A DNA stretch of 64,000 bases from Escherichia phage teqskov. The position numbers were made by a program, and so were the translations under genes. The notes below the pieces were generated by a model. That model was not told the DNA's origin. It saw only the letters and a program-made list of their open reading frames with translations, and searched no databases. This document shows, piece by piece, positions 58,248 through 64,000 of this stretch (positions are counted from its first letter, which is position 1; the number at the start of each line of letters is the position of its first letter). The stretch is taken from the sequence record NC_054934.1. One strand, given 5' to 3'.

Positions 58248-58573
58248 TGACAGACACTCAGCTTTTCGAATATCTTTATTTTTCGCCAAAAACTATTAAA
58301 AATAAATTGGTGAATCATTTTGAAATTTTGGCAAATAATAACACTTTGAGCGAATTTTATCCCAAGCAATACAAATTACAAAAAGGTATATTCAAAGGAT
58401 GCAGAGTTTTGTGCACTGCTCCTAATGCACGGCTAATGAATAAAATTCCATATTTTACCATGGAATTTATTGATGGACCTTTTAAAGGATTAATTACCCA
58501 AAGTTTAATGGCATATGATTCTGAGCCATTTTTAATTAAAGAACAATCTTGGATAAATTTATTTTCTAATTGA
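58244..58573 (+). CDS. hypothetical protein (109 aa) translationally coupled to the P-loop NTPase
   Basis: ATGATGA start/stop overlap at 58244-58250. Confidence 0.5.
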   Translation: MMTDTQLFEYLYFSPKTIKNKLVNHFEILANNNTLSEFYPKQYKLQKGIFKGCRVLCTAPNARLMNKIPYFTMEFIDGPFKGLITQSLMAYDSEPFLIKEQSWINLFSN

Positions 58574-58580
58574 GGTTTAT

Positions 58581-58943
58581 ATGAAAGCATATCAAATTCT
58601 TGAAGGCACACATAAAGGCACTATTTATTTTGAAGATGGTATTCAAGCACGAATTATTGTCTCTAAAACCTTTAAAGAGGACTCTTTTGTAGACCCAGAA
58701 ATTTTCTACGGTTTGCATGCCCGTGAAATTGAAATTGAGCCACAGCCTACAGTTAAAATTGAAGGTGGTCAACACCTGAACGTTAACGTTCTGCGTCGTG
58801 AAACTCTGGAAGATGCAGTTAAGCATCCGGAAAAATATCCGCAGCTGACCATCCGTGTATCCGGTTATGCAGTTCGCTTTAACTCTCTGACTCCGGAACA
58901 GCAGCGCGACGTTATCGCTCGTACCTTCACCGAGAGTTTGTAA
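58581..58943 (+). CDS. autonomous glycyl-radical cofactor (GrcA/YfiD-like)
   Basis: C-terminal [29 protein letters not shown] contains the glycyl-radical motif RVSGY; 3' half has host-like GC and codon usage. Confidence 0.8.
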   Translation: MKAYQILEGTHKGTIYFEDGIQARIIVSKTFKEDSFVDPEIFYGLHAREIEIEPQPTVKIEGGQHLNVNVLRRETLEDAVKHPEKYPQLTIRVSGYAVRFNSLTPEQQRDVIARTFTESL

Positions 58944-59164
58944 TGGCAAAGATAATTATTGAAGGTTCTAAAGATGTGCTAAATGCTTTCGCCGAGTGGT
59001 TTAGTAATTCAGGCGAACAGCAATTTAACGAAGCGTGGAATATGGGTGATATTGATGGAATTTATCCTACTACAGAAATTTCTGTTCAGGGATATGGCAT
59101 TCATGAACCTATTCGTTTAGTTGAATACGATTTATGTACTGGTGAGGAAGTCAAATATGATTGA
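58943..59164 (+). CDS. hypothetical protein (73 aa)
   Basis: ATG overlapping previous stop. Confidence 0.5.
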   Translation: MAKIIIEGSKDVLNAFAEWFSNSGEQQFNEAWNMGDIDGIYPTTEISVQGYGIHEPIRLVEYDLCTGEEVKYD

Positions 59165-59453
59165 AGATATTAAAGGTTATAAGCCACATACCGACGAAAA
59201 AATCGGTAAAGTAAATGCTATTAAAGACGCTGAAGTTCGTTTAGGACTTATCTTTGATGCTTTATACGATGAATTTTGGGAAGCATTTGATAGCTGTGAA
59301 GATGATGAACTCGCGAAGAATTACGCCGAAAGCCTCGATCAGTTAACTATTGCTAAACGAAACTCAAAGAAGCCAGTATGTGGGCTTGTCGTGCAGTGTT
59401 CCAACCAGAGGAAAAATACTAATGGCTCAATTAAGTGCAGGGTTTGGTTATGA
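59157..59453 (+). CDS. hypothetical protein (about 98 aa)
   Basis: ATG at 59157 overlapping previous stop (ATGA); ORF-track start 59121. Confidence 0.45.
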   Translation: MIEDIKGYKPHTDEKIGKVNAIKDAEVRLGLIFDALYDEFWEAFDSCEDDELAKNYAESLDQLTIAKRNSKKPVCGLVVQCSNQRKNTNGSIKCRVWL

Positions 59454-59700
59454 GTATTATACTGCCCCTCGTCGTGTATCTGTCGCTCCTAAGAAAATTC
59501 AAAGTCTTGATGACTTCCAGGAAGTAGTCCGTAAAGCTTTCCAGGACTATGCACGTTATCTTAAAGAAGATTCACAGGACTGTCTCGAAGAAGATGAAAT
59601 TGCTTACTATGAGCAGCGTCTTGAACAGCTTAAAAACTTACATGAGGTTCGTGCAGAAGTTTCAAAGTCTATGAATAAATTGATTAGATTTAAAGAATAA
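59422..59700 (+). CDS. hypothetical protein (about 92 aa)
   Basis: ATG at 59422 with GAGG upstream; overlaps 3' end of previous ORF in another frame. Confidence 0.45.
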   Translation: MAQLSAGFGYEYYTAPRRVSVAPKKIQSLDDFQEVVRKAFQDYARYLKEDSQDCLEEDEIAYYEQRLEQLKNLHEVRAEVSKSMNKLIRFKE

Positions 59701-59702
59701 CT

Positions 59703-59732
59703 GTTTACTTTTCCTCTTGACTGTGGTATAAT
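59703..59732 (+). promoter_or_regulatory. T4-type early promoter (GTTTAC-N18-TATAAT) for regB
   Basis: -35 GTTTAC at 59703, -10 TATAAT at 59727, ATG at 59760. Confidence 0.7.
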
Positions 59733-59759
59733 TTTTCTATCAGTTAAGAGGAGAATAAC

Positions 59760-60221
59760 ATGACTATCAATACAGAAGTTTTTATCCGTCGAAATAAGCT
59801 TCGTCGTCACTTTGAGTCGGAGTTTCGTCAAATTAACAATGAGATTCGTGAGGCATCAAAAGCAGCAGGAGTCTCATCGTTTCATCTAAAATATTCTCAA
59901 CATCTTCTTGATCGTGCAATTCAACGGGAGATTGATGAGACATATGTTTTTGAATTATTCCATAAAATAAAAGACCATGTTTTAGAAGTTAATGAATTCC
60001 TGAGTATGCCTCCGCGTCCTGACATTGACGAGGATTTTATTGATGGGGTTGAATATCGTCCTGGACGTTTAGAAATCACAGATGGAAATCTTTGGCTTGG
60101 ATTTACGGTTTGTAAGCCTAATGAGAAGTTCAAAAACCCGTCACTTCAATGCAGGATGGCAATTATCAACAGTCGTCGTTTACCAGGAAAGGCTTCTAAA
60201 GCAGTAATTAAAACTCAATGA
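59760..60221 (+). CDS. regB: RegB endoribonuclease
   Basis: 153 aa; MTINTEVFIRRNKLRRHFESEF recognised; own early promoter. Confidence 0.8.
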   Translation: MTINTEVFIRRNKLRRHFESEFRQINNEIREASKAAGVSSFHLKYSQHLLDRAIQREIDETYVFELFHKIKDHVLEVNEFLSMPPRPDIDEDFIDGVEYRPGRLEITDGNLWLGFTVCKPNEKFKNPSLQCRMAIINSRRLPGKASKAVIKTQ

Positions 60222-60228
60222 GGTAAGC

Positions 60229-60774
60229 ATGAGAAAAGCACTACTCGCTGGTCTATTGGCCATTTCAATGATGGCACATAGCTCCGAGCATACTTTCAGT
60301 AATGTCCAACTCGATAACATGCGTTACGCGTATCAATTCGGGGAACAATTTTCTAAGGATGGAAAATATAAAACACACAAAAATATCCACAAGAGCGGAT
60401 TAGGTCATATAATGGCTGCTATTTTATGGCAAGAAAGCTCTGGCGGAGTTAATTTAAAATCTAAACCAAAGCATCACGCCTACGGAATGTTCCAAAATTA
60501 TTTGCCTACTATGCGAGCAAGAGTTAAGGAACTTGGTTATAATATGACCGATGCTGAAATAAAAAGAATGTTGAATAAACGGTCCAATTCAGCTTCCTGG
60601 GCGTACATTGAACTTTCTTATTGGTTAAATATACATAAGGGCGATATAAGAAAAGCAATATCCTCTTATAATTCGGGATGGAATGTTAAAGCAGGTTCTA
60701 AATATGCTTCTGAAGTCCTAGAAAAGGCTAATTACCTTAAAAATAATAAACTTTTGGAAATAGTAAATGACTAA
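60229..60774 (+). CDS. secreted lytic-transglycosylase-like protein (vs.1 position)
   Basis: N-terminal signal peptide; ILWQESSGG resembles the SLT catalytic-Glu motif. Confidence 0.5.
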   Translation: MRKALLAGLLAISMMAHSSEHTFSNVQLDNMRYAYQFGEQFSKDGKYKTHKNIHKSGLGHIMAAILWQESSGGVNLKSKPKHHAYGMFQNYLPTMRARVKELGYNMTDAEIKRMLNKRSNSASWAYIELSYWLNIHKGDIRKAISSYNSGWNVKAGSKYASEVLEKANYLKNNKLLEIVND

Positions 60775-61108
60775 AATTTTGGTTTTATGTATAGGATTAA
60801 TTTCATTTTCTGCGTTAGCAGATACATCATATACTGAAATTAGAGAGTATGTAAACCGTACTGCCGCGGATTATTGTGGGAAAAATAAAGCATGCCAAGC
60901 TGAATTTGCGCAGAAATTAATATATGCATATAAAGACGGAGAAAGAGATAAATCAAGCAGATACAAAAATGATACATTGTTAAAACGATATGCTAAAAAG
61001 TGGAATACCTTAGAATGTTCAGTTGCGGAGGAGAAAGATAAAGCCGCTTGTCATTCAATGGTTGACCGTTTAGTAGATTCTTATAATCGAGGATTGAGTA
61101 CTAGATGA
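60767..61108 (+). CDS. small secreted Cys-containing protein (vs position)
   Basis: signal peptide MTKILVLCIGLISFSALA; synteny between regB and tk. Confidence 0.45.
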   Translation: MTKILVLCIGLISFSALADTSYTEIREYVNRTAADYCGKNKACQAEFAQKLIYAYKDGERDKSSRYKNDTLLKRYAKKWNTLECSVAEEKDKAACHSMVDRLVDSYNRGLSTR

Positions 61109-61584
61109 TTGTAAAATATATCAAGGGCGATATTGTCGCCCTATTTCTTCAAGGTAATATTATTGCGCATGGGTGCAATTGCTTCCACACAATGGACTCT
61201 GGCGTAGCAGGTCAATTAGCAAGAGCCTATCCTAAAATTTTGGAAATAGATAAAACCACTACCGAGTACGGTTCTCGTGATAAATTAGGCGATATGTCTA
61301 TTGTTTTTAAACATAATCCTACAGGATTTGGTATATGCTATAACCTGTATACGCAATATGAACCGGGTCCTAATCTTGATTATGGTGCTTTAGTAAACTG
61401 CATGATAGAATTAAATCTACAGGCAGAAACCCTTTTGTTTAAACCAGTAATTTACATTCCACGCATAGGTTGCGGTATTGCTGGCGGCGATTGGGATAAG
61501 GTTTCTAAATTAATCGACATGTTTACTCCTGATATTGATTTAATAGTGGTGGATTATGAAAGTACATTACCCGCATCCGTTTGA
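61105..61584 (+). CDS. macro-domain-like protein (putative ADP-ribose binding/processing)
   Basis: KGDIV...IIAHGCNC...MDSGVAGQLA and IPRIGCGIAGGDW resemble macro-domain motifs (GDIT..VNAAN..GGGV.. and P-x-IS-TG-x-x-G). Confidence 0.5.
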   Translation: MIVKYIKGDIVALFLQGNIIAHGCNCFHTMDSGVAGQLARAYPKILEIDKTTTEYGSRDKLGDMSIVFKHNPTGFGICYNLYTQYEPGPNLDYGALVNCMIELNLQAETLLFKPVIYIPRIGCGIAGGDWDKVSKLIDMFTPDIDLIVVDYESTLPASV

Positions 61585-61768
61585 TCCTAAAAACAAAGTG
61601 GAAATTATTCGTCAATGGGAACGCATTTGCCGTACTAAATGTCCAATTAATAGTCCGCATGATGTAGATAAAGACTATATTGGAACATTCGTTGAATATA
61701 CCTTTATTGATAAGAAAGGTCGTAAACAGCACGTAGAAGAATATTGCTTAAAGGTTACATGGTTATGA
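61556..61768 (+). CDS. hypothetical protein (70 aa)
   Basis: ORF overlapping end of previous gene. Confidence 0.4.
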   Translation: MKVHYPHPFDPKNKVEIIRQWERICRTKCPINSPHDVDKDYIGTFVEYTFIDKKGRKQHVEEYCLKVTWL

Positions 61769-61971
61769 GCCAAACAAGTATTCTTAAAAATGCCCACTGC
61801 GAAAAGTGTGAATGGCCGGTTGTTTTTGCTTTATGTAATGATGAAATGGCTTGTGATTTCGATTATTGGTGCTATTGTTCTAATAAAGGATGCATCAATC
61901 ATAAAGGTGAAGGATTTTATTCAGGATTTTATCCTTATCCTGATTTCGTTAAAGAAGGTAAACCAAAATGA
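61765..61971 (+). CDS. small Cys-rich protein (about 68 aa; C-x-x-C plus additional Cys/His)
   Basis: ATG at 61765 overlapping previous stop; ORF-track start is TTG at 61744. Confidence 0.4.
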   Translation: MSQTSILKNAHCEKCEWPVVFALCNDEMACDFDYWCYCSNKGCINHKGEGFYSGFYPYPDFVKEGKPK

Positions 61972-62137
61972 ATAGTTTTGAGTTACAATATGAAGTGTTA
62001 CGTGAGCTTGATAATTTAATTGAACTCGCTGTCAATAAAGGTTTTGCCATTGGAATCGGTCAAAAAGATACTGGTCATTTAACCATGGAAATATTTAAGC
62101 AAAAGCGAATTATTTTAAAACTCCTGGAAATTAATAT

Positions 62138-62323
62138 ATGAGTCTGAGTAAAGAACAAAAAGATAAATTGTTTGAGCTTATCCATGAACTTCTAGATGAG
62201 CATACAGAAGCAAACACCTTTTATGATGAATACGGCCCGCTATCTCCCGAACAACAGGAAGAATTTGCTGATCGGTTTGATAAGAAAGAAAACGAATTAA
62301 TAGCTTATGTGAATACGCTTTAA
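62138..62323 (+). CDS. hypothetical acidic protein (61 aa)
   Basis: ATG ORF upstream of tk. Confidence 0.45.
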   Translation: MSLSKEQKDKLFELIHELLDEHTEANTFYDEYGPLSPEQQEEFADRFDKKENELIAYVNTL

Positions 62324-62332
62324 GAAGGTGAT

Positions 62333-62914
62333 ATGGCGAGTTTAATTTTTACTTATGCAGCAATGAATGCTGGAAAATCTGCTTCTCTTTTGACTGCTGC
62401 GCATAATTATAAAGAACGCGGAATGGGTGTATTAGTTCTTAAGCCTGCTATTGATACTCGCGATTCTGTCTGTGAAGTCGTTTCTCGCATTGGAATTAAA
62501 CAGGAAGCGAATATTATTACGGATGATATGGATATTTTTGAGTTCTATAAATGGGCTGAAGCACAAAAAGATATTCATTGCGTATTTGTAGATGAAGCCC
62601 AATTTTTAAAAACTGAACAAGTGCATCAATTGAGCCGAATTGTTGATACATATAATGTTCCTGTTATGGCTTATGGATTAAGGACTGATTTCGCTGGAAA
62701 ATTGTTTGAAGGTTCTAAAGAACTTTTAGCGATTGCAGATAAACTTATTGAACTAAAAGCAGTTTGTCATTGTGGTAAAAAAGCGATTATGACAGCTCGA
62801 TTAATGGAAGATGGAACACCAGTTAAAGAAGGTAATCAAATCTGTATTGGTGATGAAATTTATGTTTCTTTGTGTAGAAAACACTGGAATGAATTAACTA
62901 AAAAGCTCGGTTAG
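62333..62914 (+). CDS. tk: thymidine kinase
   Basis: 193 aa; P-loop AMNAGKS; C-terminal Cys cluster C-H-C-G ... C-R-K-H. Confidence 0.9.
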   Translation: MASLIFTYAAMNAGKSASLLTAAHNYKERGMGVLVLKPAIDTRDSVCEVVSRIGIKQEANIITDDMDIFEFYKWAEAQKDIHCVFVDEAQFLKTEQVHQLSRIVDTYNVPVMAYGLRTDFAGKLFEGSKELLAIADKLIELKAVCHCGKKAIMTARLMEDGTPVKEGNQICIGDEIYVSLCRKHWNELTKKLG

Positions 62915-62956
62915 TGCAAAAGTTATAAATAGGTTTATCTAACTAAAGGGGTATAT

Positions 62957-63169
62957 ATGCTACAATTAACTGAAAAGCAACTTCGCAATCTTACTGTTCT
63001 TCAATTAGATGAAATTCGTAGGGAAGTTGGAAATGTTATTTCAGCTTTGCGTCGAGAAGTATCACTCAACCAATCTCCGGCAGACTATACTAGATTGCGA
63101 AATTTTGAAAAATACCTTGATAAAGTTAAGGCCGTGCATCGGCATAAAGTAAATACAGGACAAAAATGA
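62957..63169 (+). CDS. hypothetical protein (70 aa, rI.-1 position)
   Basis: ORF between tk and rI. Confidence 0.5.
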   Translation: MLQLTEKQLRNLTVLQLDEIRREVGNVISALRREVSLNQSPADYTRLRNFEKYLDKVKAVHRHKVNTGQK

Positions 63170-63181
63170 TAGGAGGCCTTT

Positions 63182-63475
63182 ATGGCCTTAAAAGCAACGG
63201 CACTATTTGCCATGCTAGGATTGTCATTTGTTTTATCTCCATCGATTGAAGCGAATGTCGATCCTCATTTTGATAAATTTATGGAATCTGGTATTAGGCA
63301 CGTTTATATGCTTTTTGAAAATAAAAGCGTAGAATCGTCTGAACAATTCTATAGTTTTATGAGAACGACCTATAAAAATGACCCGTGCTCTTCTGATTTT
63401 GAATGTATAGAACGAGGCGCGGAGATGGCACAATCATACGCTAGAATTATGAACATTAAATTGGAGACTGAATGA
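63182..63475 (+). CDS. rI: lysis-inhibition antiholin RI
   Basis: 97 aa; N-terminal signal-anchor MALKATALFAMLGLSFVLSP; sequence recognised. Confidence 0.8.
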   Translation: MALKATALFAMLGLSFVLSPSIEANVDPHFDKFMESGIRHVYMLFENKSVESSEQFYSFMRTTYKNDPCSSDFECIERGAEMAQSYARIMNIKLETE

Positions 63476-63858
63476 AATTCAGCGACTTTTCACAAAGTGG
63501 AAAACCTTCAAAGGCAGATGAATACTTAGGTTTATTAATGGCTGCACAAGCTTATTTTCATTCTGCACATTTTGAAACTAAAAGTTATGCTAGACACAAA
63601 GCATACGATTTTATTTTCTCCGAGTTGCCAGATTTGATTGATAAATTTGGTGAGCAATATTTGGGGTATTCTGGTAGAAAATACACACCTTCAATTCCAG
63701 ATGCCAGTAAACTTCCTACCGACACAATTAAAATGATTGATCGCATACTAGACCAATCTAACAGCATTTATAAAGAAATGCCTCCAGCCATTCAAAGCAC
63801 GATAGATGATATTACTGGAATGTTTTACCAGAGTAAGTATCTTCTTTCCCTCGAATAA
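63472..63858 (+). CDS. hypothetical protein (128 aa, rI.1 position)
   Basis: ATGA overlap with rI; followed by terminator. Confidence 0.55.
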   Translation: MKFSDFSQSGKPSKADEYLGLLMAAQAYFHSAHFETKSYARHKAYDFIFSELPDLIDKFGEQYLGYSGRKYTPSIPDASKLPTDTIKMIDRILDQSNSIYKEMPPAIQSTIDDITGMFYQSKYLLSLE

Positions 63859-63862
63859 CATT

Positions 63863-63886
63863 AGTCTCCTTCGGGAGACTTTTTTC
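63863..63886 (+). terminator. rho-independent terminator (AGTCTCC-TTCG-GGAGACT then TTTTT)
   Basis: stem-loop with UUCG loop and T-run. Confidence 0.75.
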
Positions 63887-63895
63887 ATTTTACCG

Positions 63896-63925
63896 GTTTA
63901 CTTTCCGTTTGAGCTGTGGTACTAT
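63896..63925 (+). promoter_or_regulatory. T4-type early promoter (GTTTAC-N18-TACTAT)
   Basis: -35 GTTTAC at 63896, TG-n-TACTAT at 63920; ATG at 63954. Confidence 0.6.
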
Positions 63926-63953
63926 ACAACCATCGGATAAAGAGGAGAACATC

Positions 63954-64000
63954 ATGAAAATTGAAGCACTCAATCAAGAAGGAAATATCTACGTCATCAT
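63954..64000 (+). CDS. 5' end of an ORF running off the window (MKIEALNQEGNIYVI...)
   Basis: ATG with GAGGAG upstream, downstream of early promoter. Confidence 0.4.
   Translation, partial: MKIEALNQEGNIYVI

Noticed and set aside
59350-59453. Possible programmed frameshift joining ORFs 59157..59453 and 59422..59700
   Set aside because: No slippery heptamer or downstream structure seen; more likely two overlapping small genes. Left open pending comparison with relatives.
61790-61975. 61-aa ORF in an alternative frame overlapping 61765..61971
   Set aside because: Same strand, different frame, hydrophobic low-complexity translation; the Cys-rich frame with ATGA coupling is preferred.

Overview
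This window is a contiguous segment of a T4-like (Tevenvirinae) phage genome, in reverse-complement orientation relative to the usual T4 map. The late structural block lies on the minus strand in T4 order: 54, 48, 29, 28, 27, 51, then 24, 23, 22, 21, 68, 67, 20, 19, 18, 17, 16, 15, 14, 13, wac, 12, 11, 10, 9, 8, 7, 6, 5.4, 5.1, 5, 53. On the plus strand are alt (C-terminal part), 26, 25, uvsY, inh, hoc, rnlB, then 4-2-3-1-57A-57B, an internal-protein (ip) locus, a tRNA cluster, a run of small e.8-to-e.2-like ORFs, nudE, e (lysozyme), denV, regB, vs-like genes, tk and rI. Gene identities come from recognising protein sequences, lengths and synteny from memory of T4; no database search was run. 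The phage is very close to T4 but not identical. Points that deserve a second look: (1) a modular ip locus with repeated early-promoter plus capsid-targeting-signal cassettes, and two further signal-bearing proteins elsewhere; (2) a tRNA cluster with six canonical tRNAs (Gln, Leu, Gly, Pro, Ser, Arg) plus one tRNA-like gene whose acceptor stem cannot pair, next to a T5orf172/GIY-YIG-like ORF and a structured non-coding region; (3) a tandem array of paralogous small membrane proteins sharing a C-terminal F-[VI]-x-x-C-R motif; (4) Hoc with an internally duplicated Ig-like domain; (5) a GrcA-like glycyl-radical gene whose 3' half has host-like composition; (6) a macro-domain-like ORF and a P-loop ATPase pair. 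No CRISPR array, integrase or IS element was seen.
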